Shown here: positions 22,401 to 31,949 of the stretch, piece after piece
How positions within the stretch are numbered: position 1 is the first letter of the stretch
How the letters are laid out: each line of letters starts with the position of its first letter
NCBI GenBank assembly: GCA_040285745.1
Contig: JAUFOR010000001.1
Location: 1 to 64,000 of the forward strand
DNA from: Barthelona sp. PCE
Lineage: Eukaryota
DNA length: 64,000 nucleotides
Reading direction: 5' to 3'
Translations under genes and position numbers: made by a program
Notes under the pieces: generated by a model
Seen by the model: only the letters and a program-made list of their open reading frames with translations
What the model was told of the DNA's origin: nothing
The model's database searches: none

Positions 22401-23054
22401 ATCGAATAAGTTTCTAACAAAAGAAGTGGGTGCATGCGACTTATGATTCTTAGAAAACGAGAACTGTGTGAGCTTAGCTGTCGGCTCGTATGCATCGGTT
22501 TCCACCTTCCTGGCCCCTCCTGAGAATACAGGAGACATAGCCATTGATATTTCGTCATCAGTATCGTCATCAAGGATAATAGTGGGTGACATTCTTTGTT
22601 TGGGACTTGAATTCAGCTTAACGGTTTTTTTCTTTGCCTTTTTCTTGCGTTTCTTTGATGGAGATTCAACAACAGGAACCATAAATTCCTCATCATCACT
22701 GTGACATTCTGGCACATATTCCTCATCCGTCATATCATCATTAGAAGGGACGTAAACATCACTTAATGTCTCAGGATCGTCAAATAAAGTGACATCGTCG
22801 TCCAAAACTTCAATAGAAATGGGTTTTTGAACAATTTTTTTTGCCCTTAATTTTGGTTGAATCGGAGACTTGCTGGGACTGATACTTTCCACAAAACTGG
22901 CATTACGCTTCTTACTTTCCGATTTCGACGATACAGTTTCTAGTTTTTCAGGTTTGTTTTTTTTAACAGGAGAGATAGCATTAACTGGTTTAAAAAACTG
23001 AAGTAAAGTTGTCTGAGCCCTACTTTTCCGCTTCTTTCTAGCTTTTGAAGGCAT
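19491..23054 (-). CDS. MSH6: DNA mismatch repair protein MSH6
   Basis: N-terminal PIP box QTTLLQFF, GKFYE mismatch-binding motif, PNLSGKS Walker A, LDECGRGT Walker B, STHYH. Start at MPSKARKK avoids overlap with the opposite gene. Confidence 0.92.
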   Translation of the reverse strand: MPSKARKKRKSRAQTTLLQFFKPVNAISPVKKNKPEKLETVSSKSESKKRNASFVESISPSKSPIQPKLRAKKIVQKPISIEVLDDDVTLFDDPETLSDVYVPSNDDMTDEEYVPECHSDDEEFMVPVVESPSKKRKKKAKKKTVKLNSSPKQRMSPTIILDDDTDDEISMAMSPVFSGGARKVETDAYEPTAKLTQFSFSKNHKSHAPTSFVRNLFDELEVDESSGKFTEKHRHWMLDDIKDLKGKNVGDPEYNPATIYIPDSAFKKMTNFELQYWKIKQLHMDKIVWFLKGKFYETFEGDALRVNELFDLKVTGARGMKMAGVPHGAFSTFAGRLINKGITVGRVDQIETNQEAELRIAELKAEAKREKRTIKSIPGDLLIVKRDIVEIISPGTIIDDSLIKRADNNYILTFCYDHDKTHDTYDIGLCMLEASTGEFITHHFADSHSLNQLSSILIQTSPSELLFTSMGSEIKDVINECVPDIVLTQDVRCFVQPSDQLLTGYCNMSNMAVDSILDMDERCKACFVALCKYLEKLHIVEVVLRVAKLTQYRTTKNAQEFMYLDIHALKNLEIFQNADNGSQRGSLFHYLSHTKTAFGKRLLKLWLSHPIISHTSLNERYDCVQFLVDNNEAMKEISRLLDGIPDFERQLTRIYAGGATVEKFVTILISLQKFFTKLKKINATDYPTLMKQALTVHTIEFDYQPWEVDGEVFECESKVVDMTAVIDRLEQVFSFDHAKKGFFTVQEIDEEFSEAESIVSAIKNDLDEYLNTVRAEQGLDIRYKHLNKEKYQLEVNDGEEVPDDWMMMSKTKAKRRYHTAEIKDMVHRLEIAELSMEVLEKSMIKKLQMGMSVFTDVFSALVTNIAVIDVIHTFASISLSNDLVRPTILPFNQHSRPILEMRNAKHPLFRSAIKDFVPNDVLLGGDSALTMVLSSPNLSGKSVLSKSVCVNVLLAQVGCFVDCQSLTMTPCDRIFSRTGAHDSISSNSSTFMVELKEIMTVMTDATSHSLVILDECGRGTSVADGYALAYSILEYIVNLKCRSVFSTHYHSLVHEILMGAHAGNAIAKEICLFHMAVVVTSKGVKFLYKLQPGGCSESFGIQVASLANLPKSLTSKASVWSENYGKTSQFSSFSKQKRNALIETIYNATKSEIDKTDLDNFDSIDLEQLEKFQDMLNLQLSSLETIS

Positions 23055-23088
23055 TGTATAGGTTGTTATATATAAATCACCTTCTATT

Positions 23089-26000
23089 ATGTCTTTAGTT
23101 CCTGTAGTTGCAACGGGGCGCAAGGCAGACCGAATCATAAAGTCGCTGATCGTGTCAGCAGGTGATGAATCACCTGTTGTTCGTGATTCAATTATCCAAG
23201 CAATTCGCTGTCTAGGAACTGAAAGTCCTGCATTATGCATCACGGCCATTATCAACTTCCTCCAAACAGAACGAAAGGTTAGTGAATTAGCAGAAATGAC
23301 TATGTTTCATTCTATTAAAGCTATTTTGGAGGATTATTCAGGTGAACCTGAGAAGTTACCGTTCACAAACGAGATGATAGAGCCGATTGTCATCTTTACA
23401 ATTTACGAAATGACCAGTTCTAAGGATATTAAGGCAAATTTTCAGGGTAGTTGTTCAGAATGTATCGTTACTTTGGCTAATTTCTTCCCTAGAGTCGTTA
23501 TCAAATGTTTATGTGAACGCTTTGAAGTTGGAAAAATTCCACACTACTTTTTAGTGTTCACTATTGCTAAACTGGCTGAGCATATACCTGACGTTTTTAT
23601 TTCTAACTCTGCCACGATCCTTGCACGATTGCTCCCCGTCCTTGGACAAGTGCGTCAAGAAAACTATAAGTACTGCTTCGCAGCAGCCATCAACTCGATT
23701 GCTATTGCTTATTTGTCTTTGGATAACGAACCAAGTGAGACTCCTCTCGCCGCATCTTTTGATCTCATCATCAACTGGCTGAACGTGCGCCAGGCAGAGG
23801 TCCAAATTGTGTGTTGCCAGGCTGTGAGTCGCTTGATTAAGTTGGCCCCGTCCGAAAACCGTGATGTCATGGTCCAGGCTGCGCTCCCCAAGTTCATCTC
23901 TCTTGCTAAGAAGATGAAGGGCGCCAAACTAACTGCGGGTATCATTGACGCTCTCAGTATTTTGTTGGAAGTGACCAAGCATTCCGATTTTGTCAATATG
24001 AAGCTCGTTGAACTTGTGCCCCTGCTGCTTGATCTTGAGCACAACGCTCTTTCACATATGTACTCGGATGCGTACTCTATCAAGCTCCAGAATGCAATTT
24101 TCCGTTGTTTCGAGCACCTTTCGAGCGTACATTTTACAGTTGTTTTCAATAACTTAGTTACAATTCTCGAGCAGCAGATTCCTAACGTTACGAGTTACGC
24201 ACATGCTTCTGCACTTTCATGTATGCGTCAGCTGATCATGTCGAACGAGGAGGATTTCGACAATTATAAGTCCTCAGTTCTCTCAGTCCTTGTTGCTCTC
24301 AGTTCTTCACAGAACCCACACACGCTGCAGACTGTTGCACAGTGTTTCCTCCAGGTCGCTGACATGGGGTGGCTGGACGCTGACACTAGCGCAGCCAAGC
24401 GTCTCATTTCATTCATTGTTCGTCGCTGCAGTGAGAAGCGCAACCGTGACCTGAGACAGACTTGCCTCAGCTGTCTGGACCTCATGGTAAACATAGTTAA
24501 CTTAGATGGTGTGCTTATTCCAACGCTCATGAGTATGTTCAATATGCGCGAGTATTCCCCTGTTATATTCCCCATTGTCAAGACGCTAGTTAGTATTTTC
24601 GATAGGATTTGTGCTGACGGCAATCCTGTTGAAATCGACTTTGATGTTCAGCAGACACCCGCTGCTTTGTACATCATTGGTCGTCTTTTGGTGCACATTG
24701 CTGCCCCATCGTTTGATTTCTGCTTGCCTGAGAAGGAGGTCGAGACATTCGTCCAACTGCTAATGTATTTGTTAAAGTTTGTTGATGAGGAAATCGCGGA
24801 GCTCTTCACAAAGGCGTTCCCGTCAATCAATAAGGCAATCAGCCTATACGGAGACAAGCCAAAGAAGTTGCGCAACATTGCACTGAAGCTGTTTGATCAG
24901 CTGATCAGCACACTCGCAATTGAAGATCTTAACAAACTGCGCCTCTCTCTTGAGCTCTGTCTTGAGGCCATTCCATGGGACTGGAACTGTAGGGAGATCA
25001 TTTTTTCTCTGCTAGGTCTCATTTTAAGATGTTATTCGTCAACATCAACAGTTAAAATGTGTTTAGTTGCGTATGTCATGAAGATCGGTATGGATGTCGA
25101 GAATGAACGCGTTGCATTTGCTAAACTCATCGGTCTCATGGCCGAAATCCACATTGACCTCATCATTGAGTTCCTCATCAAACAACAGCACGATGCTAGG
25201 CGTCGGGAAAAGTCAGGATTCTTTGGCTCAAAGACCGTTTATGACGAAAACATCTTGCATATGGTGTACTCAGCTTGCTCGGGTCTTTTTAAGTTTTGTC
25301 CCATCGATGTGAGCGCCCCTCGTTTGGATTTCCTTATTGAGAAGCTCAGTGAATTCTGGAATATCTTTATCACAGACTACCCAATCTCAAAGAATCTGAA
25401 ATTCGCCATAATTACCACTGTAGAATCTATGGTCAACTCCGTTTGCAATGCCGGAACACCTCGTCAGCTGAAGAAACGCTCGTTCCTCGTTGACATGCTC
25501 AACTTCTTTTCAAAGGATCTCACAGAGGTGCAACTTCCTACTCTAATCGGAGCATACTCGGCCCTCATCACACTTCCTCCTGTGGTTCTTGTCCAGGATT
25601 TAAATAACATCTTTAGGGTTTTGCTTCCAAAGCTTCCACTCAATGTCAGTGATCCTAAACTGTTGGAGAGTATCACGAAATTCTTCAAAGGTCTTATTTC
25701 AAGTAACTCCACCTCTGAGTTTCTGCTCACTCTCTATAATGAATTGGCAAACTTTTTGTTCGACTCCCAATCGCAACTCGCTGTTGTTCTCATCAAGGAA
25801 CTGTTAACTATCTTCCTGGAGTTGGCAACAGCTGATAAGCTCACAGTGTTTAGTCTGCTCCCCACAATCATGTCGGTCTTAGTCTGCTTCATCCACCAGC
25901 CGAGAATCGAAAACAGCGCTGTTGAGATACTTGACTGCATCCTGCTTCTTCTCAAGATCAATGAGAAGGTATGCAAGGATAACGACTCCTTCAGTATGGC

Positions 26001-27825
26001 TGTTCAGGCTTTTGATGAACTCGATCTTAGTTACCTCATCTTCGACGGGTCCATCACCAACACATTCATGATGAAGCCATTTGAGAACCCCCACGAGCAG
26101 GCAAACCCAGCCAACTCACTCCTCAAGAAGCTGGGTAAGATAGTTGGACTTGTGCTTAATGAAACTCAGTTCCATGAATTCCTTGAAGAAATTGTTGGTT
26201 TCCTTGGTGGATGCAGTAGTTCTGAACTAGCTGTAATTCCAGCAACAGTTATTGCGGGACTATTTATCTGTCAGCGCAAATCCATCAACATTTCGAAGAT
26301 TTGCAAGTTGATATCACCCCTTGTTGGCATTGCAGAGACTAATAAGGCTGCCCTACTGCTTTTCTCTACACTTTATCAGCTCAATGTTGTGGAAACTACA
26401 CGCTGGGCGCTCGACAATCCAAAGGTAAACGTTGGTGGCGCCCTGGCATCGATCCCAATGCTCGGCCGCCATCTCTTGCTCACAGCCATTGACCGTATGG
26501 TCAACGGTGCGCAACTTGATACTGTTACTCGGAAGAAGAAGACAGTCACCATTCCGGTTCTGGCTTCGCACAATGCAGGTGTTGTCTTGGTTTCTGCACT
26601 GTCCAACCCACGCACCAAACTGAACTTCCGCGCACTCAGCGAAGCGTCGATCTCAACACTGGATTCAATTCATATGGCAAACTCGGTAGGACATGATCTC
26701 AATGTAACGCTGCATATGTGCGTCCTCATGCGCTGCTTCTGTATTACAGAGATTGACGGAGATGCTGCGGATCTTTCAATGGATGCTGTCATGCGTGTCT
26801 GCACCACGCTGTGCGAGAAGCTCCAACTTGAGATCAAGACCTTTGAACTCGAGGACCTTGTCAACACAACAGCAATGTGTGTGTATGACATTGTCGCCAA
26901 GGATAAGACCAAGCTCGATGATTTCAAGGCTTATATGACACGATATCTGCAGAGTACCATTCACATGCAGCGCCTCACAAGCGTAGTTTGTTTCGCAGAA
27001 TGCATCCGTCACTCGTGCCACGATGAGCGCATGTTTAACATGTATCTAAACGCATTACTTAGTCGTGTTGATGATAACGTCGATGTCGTTAAGCTGTACG
27101 CTTGCCGGGGAATTAGTGCATCGATTGAACTGCCACATGCAGTGCAAACACTTGCTGTACCTGTATTTTCTGCACTTATCAACGCAATGCAGTCGTCAAA
27201 TGATCTTGTTGTTATTGCTGCACTTTCTTCATTCAAACAAATTGTTGATGTGTGCACTTACACCGCAGTTGATATGCTTATCTCAACAATATGTCGAGAA
27301 TTCCAGAAATTGTGTTACCACTCCAATGCTGAGGTACGTTTCGGTGTTATCGATGCGTGGACACAAATCATTACTTTCAAAGACCAGATAGATCTCACTG
27401 AGTACGTAATTGAACTGCTCCCTATCCTTTGTGTGTTGCGTGCGGATACGTTTATTGTTGCAGAAACTATTGACCACTGCTTCGACGATTTCTTCGAAAT
27501 TGGATTCACTAAACATGTACCGAAGATCGAGGGATCGAAACAATACAATGATTTCGTTAAAGCGTTTGTTCAAGTCGTTGGTACCAACAAACATGAACAA
27601 TTTGTCAATATGCTCAACAGAATACTTGATTTCTCTACCCATAGTACATTTGGACTGCGTAAACTATGTGCCCGTATCACTGCCTTATTCGTATCACATG
27701 CTCCTTCATCAATAGAGATTCCTGTTGACACTGTCATCTCTACAATCATCAAATTGCTCAAGGATGATAATGAAAAGGTACGCTCAGAAGCTGCTATGTC
27801 ACTGGGTGAACTCAGAAAGTGTTAG
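23089..27825 (+). CDS. Maestro HEAT-like repeat protein (MROH1-like), 1578 aa
   Basis: All-helical HEAT repeats (DESPVVRDSI, SNAEVRFG, DDNEKVRSEAA); PHYFLVFTIAKLA resembles MROH1. Confidence 0.75.
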   Translation: MSLVPVVATGRKADRIIKSLIVSAGDESPVVRDSIIQAIRCLGTESPALCITAIINFLQTERKVSELAEMTMFHSIKAILEDYSGEPEKLPFTNEMIEPIVIFTIYEMTSSKDIKANFQGSCSECIVTLANFFPRVVIKCLCERFEVGKIPHYFLVFTIAKLAEHIPDVFISNSATILARLLPVLGQVRQENYKYCFAAAINSIAIAYLSLDNEPSETPLAASFDLIINWLNVRQAEVQIVCCQAVSRLIKLAPSENRDVMVQAALPKFISLAKKMKGAKLTAGIIDALSILLEVTKHSDFVNMKLVELVPLLLDLEHNALSHMYSDAYSIKLQNAIFRCFEHLSSVHFTVVFNNLVTILEQQIPNVTSYAHASALSCMRQLIMSNEEDFDNYKSSVLSVLVALSSSQNPHTLQTVAQCFLQVADMGWLDADTSAAKRLISFIVRRCSEKRNRDLRQTCLSCLDLMVNIVNLDGVLIPTLMSMFNMREYSPVIFPIVKTLVSIFDRICADGNPVEIDFDVQQTPAALYIIGRLLVHIAAPSFDFCLPEKEVETFVQLLMYLLKFVDEEIAELFTKAFPSINKAISLYGDKPKKLRNIALKLFDQLISTLAIEDLNKLRLSLELCLEAIPWDWNCREIIFSLLGLILRCYSSTSTVKMCLVAYVMKIGMDVENERVAFAKLIGLMAEIHIDLIIEFLIKQQHDARRREKSGFFGSKTVYDENILHMVYSACSGLFKFCPIDVSAPRLDFLIEKLSEFWNIFITDYPISKNLKFAIITTVESMVNSVCNAGTPRQLKKRSFLVDMLNFFSKDLTEVQLPTLIGAYSALITLPPVVLVQDLNNIFRVLLPKLPLNVSDPKLLESITKFFKGLISSNSTSEFLLTLYNELANFLFDSQSQLAVVLIKELLTIFLELATADKLTVFSLLPTIMSVLVCFIHQPRIENSAVEILDCILLLLKINEKVCKDNDSFSMAVQAFDELDLSYLIFDGSITNTFMMKPFENPHEQANPANSLLKKLGKIVGLVLNETQFHEFLEEIVGFLGGCSSSELAVIPATVIAGLFICQRKSINISKICKLISPLVGIAETNKAALLLFSTLYQLNVVETTRWALDNPKVNVGGALASIPMLGRHLLLTAIDRMVNGAQLDTVTRKKKTVTIPVLASHNAGVVLVSALSNPRTKLNFRALSEASISTLDSIHMANSVGHDLNVTLHMCVLMRCFCITEIDGDAADLSMDAVMRVCTTLCEKLQLEIKTFELEDLVNTTAMCVYDIVAKDKTKLDDFKAYMTRYLQSTIHMQRLTSVVCFAECIRHSCHDERMFNMYLNALLSRVDDNVDVVKLYACRGISASIELPHAVQTLAVPVFSALINAMQSSNDLVVIAALSSFKQIVDVCTYTAVDMLISTICREFQKLCYHSNAEVRFGVIDAWTQIITFKDQIDLTEYVIELLPILCVLRADTFIVAETIDHCFDDFFEIGFTKHVPKIEGSKQYNDFVKAFVQVVGTNKHEQFVNMLNRILDFSTHSTFGLRKLCARITALFVSHAPSSIEIPVDTVISTIIKLLKDDNEKVRSEAAMSLGELRKC

Positions 27826-27859
27826 ATAGAATAAAAAATTTGTTAAAAATTTCTGTTAT

Positions 27860-28441
27860 TTACACGGTTTCAAAGTGAATAGTGTTAGCTGCTGAAGCTG
27901 ATGTGCGTGCTGTGGCTCTCGCTGAGCGTCCTGCCCATGGGTTCGGTCCTGCAACAACAGCAGTGGCTCTTCCGCCTGCTAAAATGTCATAGGCTCCACT
28001 TCTTCTTCGTGGTCTGTATACAAAAGCGTAAAATGTAATTAAACACAACAAACAGATGATGAAGGAGATGGTTGAGATGGTTGAACTGGGTTCATTTATC
28101 GTGACTGCAAGTGTCTGACTATCATAGTAAAATGTATGCTGGCTGTTTAAAGCCCAAGTTGAGGCATATTGTGTTTGTTGGGAGCTGTACTTGTTGGGTA
28201 TGGCTTCTGCATTCACGATTACCAATGGTTCTGTTGAAGATCGAGTAATTGACAAACTTACAACGTACATTTTGTAACTACTAGCTTCTCGAATAAGAAG
28301 TTCTGTTACTGTACCCTGTGATTTAACCCAATCGTCGTTTTTCCATGAACTATACACTCCCAAAAAGCTGAAAAAAGTCAATAAACATAAAATAAGTAAT
28401 GTGAACTTATCGCATGATCTCCTGGCATCCATAGGGTTCAT
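27860..28441 (-). CDS. Small two-TM membrane protein
   Basis: 193-aa ORF with two hydrophobic segments flanking a WVKSQGTV loop. Confidence 0.7.
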   Translation of the reverse strand: MNPMDARRSCDKFTLLILCLLTFFSFLGVYSSWKNDDWVKSQGTVTELLIREASSYKMYVVSLSITRSSTEPLVIVNAEAIPNKYSSQQTQYASTWALNSQHTFYYDSQTLAVTINEPSSTISTISFIICLLCLITFYAFVYRPRRRSGAYDILAGGRATAVVAGPNPWAGRSARATARTSASAANTIHFETV

Positions 28442-28972
28442 CTATATATTATAAATGTTCAATTTAAAAAGTTAAAAATCCTTTTTTCGAGTGAAAGAGG
28501 CAAGAAATATGTAAACAATCTAATATTCTCCACAGCTTCCAAATTCTTACATTTTTATGGTCTTTTTGTAGTAAATATGCCGTTTTTTGGAATTAAATAG
28601 CTAAACATCATCAGATTTATGCTAAAAAAAAAATTTGATTTCAGCATGGATTCTAGACTTTATTATTCTTTAAAGCTTTTTGTTGCATAGGTTAGTGCTC
28701 ATAATTCACATTTTGAACAATAACAAGTGATACATTTTTGTTGTAATGAATAAATCCATCAAATACGTTCATTTTTTCAATAACTAATATTAAAAATGCA
28801 AACAAAATAATCGCTTTATGATCATAAAGCGTTACAAATCTTTATTTGGGCTCTAATTTTTCTTTTATCAAAAACAGGTAAGAATATGAAAGAGATTCAC
28901 GTATATAAATCATCTATAGCGGCATAAATCATATGATGTGTCCAGATTGTATGCAAAAAGTGTAGAAAATCA

Positions 28973-29170
28973 TTAAAAACAACCACAGAATTTTCCTCGA
29001 GGTTGAACATGATCGTTTGCAGCTGATCTAACCGCTGGCTGGTTGGTTACAGTACGTTGTTGCGCTGGTTGTGAAACAGGCTGAGGGGCAGTCTGAGAAA
29101 CACTGTTGTTATTATTAGCTCCTGCTACGTGAGGATTGTACACCGTTAATGGGCTGTATCCAATCTGCAT
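28973..29170 (-). CDS. Possible small Q/P/N-rich protein ending in FCGCF (putative lipid anchor)
   Basis: 65-aa ORF, higher GC than its AT-rich flanks, with a Cys-containing C-terminus. Confidence 0.45.
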   Translation of the reverse strand: MQIGYSPLTVYNPHVAGANNNNSVSQTAPQPVSQPAQQRTVTNQPAVRSAANDHVQPRGKFCGCF

Positions 29171-29885
29171 TTATAAGCTATGTAAAAATTGCTTTTGTAA
29201 AAGGAAATGAAATTCAAAAAACGCATTTCAAATCCAAAATCTTATCTTTTCAAACTCGAAGATACCTAATCTTACGTGTTTATGTGACGACATTACTTTT
29301 ATATAACTGTGTATCACATTAACATACGAGTTTTCAAGCCTTTAATCAGTTTTTTTCTAAAATGTATTTAAATCAATTTCTCAAGGAGATGTTTTTAATG
29401 TTGTATGGACAAATATCCTTTAGACCATCGAATAAGGCTGCGCAAAAAGCAAAAAATGTTAGTCTAGCATTTTTATGGAAAGTTTTTCACTTTGATCAGA
29501 TATTACTACTATTTTGGTTGTTTTTCATTGTTGATTAGAGTATAAAACACCATTAAGGCAAGTTAAAATAAATAAATATGGCAGATAAGTAACCTGCAAT
29601 CTGTTTGACGTATGTTTCTGTTTGATTAAAATTGTTCGACCTGAATACATTGTAAAACTACTACTTTTCGGCATTGTACTGATTGGTATCCATAACAACA
29701 AAACAGAATGATACATCTTTGAAAATCTCACTAATTTGATGTAACATGTTTTTAACATCCCTTTTACGTTGAACATCCGCATTCTTTTGGGTTAAAAATG
29801 ATAATACTGGTCTAAAGACAACTCCAAACTGTTTTACTGTTTATTTCCTCTTACATTTTTAAAAACTTCCTTTTTATTTCTGAAA

Positions 29886-31070
29886 ATGAGCGAAAGATAC
29901 ACTTCTGTAGAAAACTACTTTCACGGAAAAGCGGAAAAGCTTCAATTAGATGTGGCACTATCACGTACCAACTTGCTGAGACTCAGTGCCCGCAGAGATG
30001 AGCTCAATAAGCAGGTGACGGAGCTAAACACCGAGGTGTCCAACATGTTATCACCCTCATCAGATTTGGCGACAGTTGTCAAGGTTTTAAGTCGAAACAG
30101 AGCATTAATTGATCAAGGATCTGGTGGCAAGCTCATCGTGAGCGTCAGCAGCAAGGTTGACATACAGAAGTTGAAACCCGGTAACCGAGTTGCCATTCGA
30201 TCTGATAGTAGTGAGCTACACATGGTACTCCCATCTGAAGTAGACCCTTTAGTTTCTCTCATGAAGGTGGAAAAGGTACCGGACTCAACATACGATGTCA
30301 TTGGAGGACTGGAAAAGCAAGTGAGAGAGATCAAGGAAGTTATTGAGTTACCTGTGAGGCATCCCGAAATTTTTGAGTCTCTTGGTATCGCTCAACCTAA
30401 GGGTGTTCTTCTTTATGGCCCACCTGGTACAGGAAAGACCTTATTGGCACGTGCTGTTGCCCACCACACTGATTGCACTTTCATTCGAGTCTCTGGATCA
30501 GAGTTGGTGCAAAAGTACATTGGTGAGGGCTCTCGTATGGTTAGAGAGCTTTTCGTTATGGCTAGACAGTCAGCACCTTCCTTAATATTTTTGGACGAGG
30601 TTGACAGTATTGGTGGTTCCAGAGGAGGTGGAGGAGACGAGAAGAGTGACTCAGAGGTTGGTAGAACAATGCTTGAGTTGCTTAACCAGCTCGACGGCTT
30701 CGAGAACAGTACAGACATCAAGGTTATAATGGCTACAAACAGAATTGATATTCTGGACCCAGCTCTCCTGAGACCCGGTCGTATTGACCGTAAGATCGAG
30801 TTCCCTCTGCCTGACGAGGATGGCCGCTTACAGATTCTCAAAATTCACTCCAGGAAGATGAACCTTACAAGGGGTATCGACCTGAAGAAAATTGCTGATA
30901 TGGCAGCAGGTTTTTCTGGTGCTGAGCTGAAGGCTGTGTGTACTGAAAGCGGCATGTTTGCTCTCAGAGAAAGGCGTGTACATGTTACCGAGACAGATTT
31001 TGAGATGGCCGTCTCCAAGGTACAACGAAAGAATGCCGAGAATGTTGCAATTGCACACACGTGGGTGTAG
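29886..31070 (+). CDS. PSMC5: 26S proteasome AAA-ATPase subunit Rpt6
   Basis: [44 protein letters not shown] is diagnostic of Rpt6; [11 protein letters not shown]. Confidence 0.97.
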   Translation: MSERYTSVENYFHGKAEKLQLDVALSRTNLLRLSARRDELNKQVTELNTEVSNMLSPSSDLATVVKVLSRNRALIDQGSGGKLIVSVSSKVDIQKLKPGNRVAIRSDSSELHMVLPSEVDPLVSLMKVEKVPDSTYDVIGGLEKQVREIKEVIELPVRHPEIFESLGIAQPKGVLLYGPPGTGKTLLARAVAHHTDCTFIRVSGSELVQKYIGEGSRMVRELFVMARQSAPSLIFLDEVDSIGGSRGGGGDEKSDSEVGRTMLELLNQLDGFENSTDIKVIMATNRIDILDPALLRPGRIDRKIEFPLPDEDGRLQILKIHSRKMNLTRGIDLKKIADMAAGFSGAELKAVCTESGMFALRERRVHVTETDFEMAVSKVQRKNAENVAIAHTWV

Positions 31071-31144
31071 TTGATGATGTGAGTAAACCAAATGTTGTTA
31101 GATTTGAATGAATTGTTTTCTATTAAAGAACCTTTTTTTTCAAA

Positions 31145-31939
31145 ATGGGAAAATCGAAAACTCAACTTAAAAAACAACTACGCAAGGATATAAGGGATGT
31201 TGAAAAGGAGTATAAACCAAGAATTAAAAAAGCAAGAAGGGAAGAAGAACAAAGGTTAATGGAGGAACTGGATGCACGTATTGCAGAACTGGAAAGGGAA
31301 TGTAGAGTTGCCTGCGGGGAGGAGCCCGTTGAGCCAGAGACTGAAACAAAAGTAGAAGAAGAAGAGCCTTCCACAACAATAACTGAAGACGTTATGCAAG
31401 GTGGATTTGGATTTCATCAGATTGAAATGAGGGAGACACGTGCCCAGAAACGTCGCAGGAAACAGAAAGAGAAGCAGAAACGGGATTTGGATGAACGCAT
31501 CAGAATTGCTGCTCTTGATACACCATCAAAACGTGAGCGTCGTGTCATTGACACCACACTGAAGGCCGAAGGCCTTCGGCAACAGGGCATCCAGGCTGAT
31601 GGTAATTGCCTCTATCGCTCTATCGGATTTCAGATTAATCGTGAACAGAGTCAGTTGAGGGTTGTGGCTGCCGACTATCTACTTGATCACAGGGACGAGT
31701 ACTGCCATTTCGTGCTTGAGGACTTTGATCAATACATCGAAAAGGTGCGCAATACACATGAGTGGGGAACTCATCTCGAAATCCAAGCACTATCTAACGC
31801 TTTAGATTTACATATAGCTGTTTACCAGGATGGAGAAACGCTACACTTCAACGAGCACAACGAGACGCTCGTCCGCATTGCTTATTTGAAGCATGCGTTT
31901 CCAACCGGTGAGCATTTCAATGCAGTAATCAAAGCATAA
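31145..31939 (+). CDS. OTU-domain deubiquitinase (OTUD6/Otu2-like)
   Basis: Coiled-coil N-terminus; ADGNCLYR catalytic Cys, WGTHLEIQALS, GEHFN. Confidence 0.9.
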   Translation: MGKSKTQLKKQLRKDIRDVEKEYKPRIKKARREEEQRLMEELDARIAELERECRVACGEEPVEPETETKVEEEEPSTTITEDVMQGGFGFHQIEMRETRAQKRRRKQKEKQKRDLDERIRIAALDTPSKRERRVIDTTLKAEGLRQQGIQADGNCLYRSIGFQINREQSQLRVVAADYLLDHRDEYCHFVLEDFDQYIEKVRNTHEWGTHLEIQALSNALDLHIAVYQDGETLHFNEHNETLVRIAYLKHAFPTGEHFNAVIKA

Positions 31940-31949
31940 AAGATTCTAT

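Noticed and set aside
23055-23255. N-terminal extension of the MSH6 ORF overlapping the MROH1-like gene
   Set aside because: It is antisense to a conserved coding region; the PIP box indicates a start at 23054.
29418-29817. 10-bp inverted repeat CTTTAGACCA/TGGTCTAAAG as MITE ends
   Set aside because: Short, does not extend, no TSD; plausible by chance.
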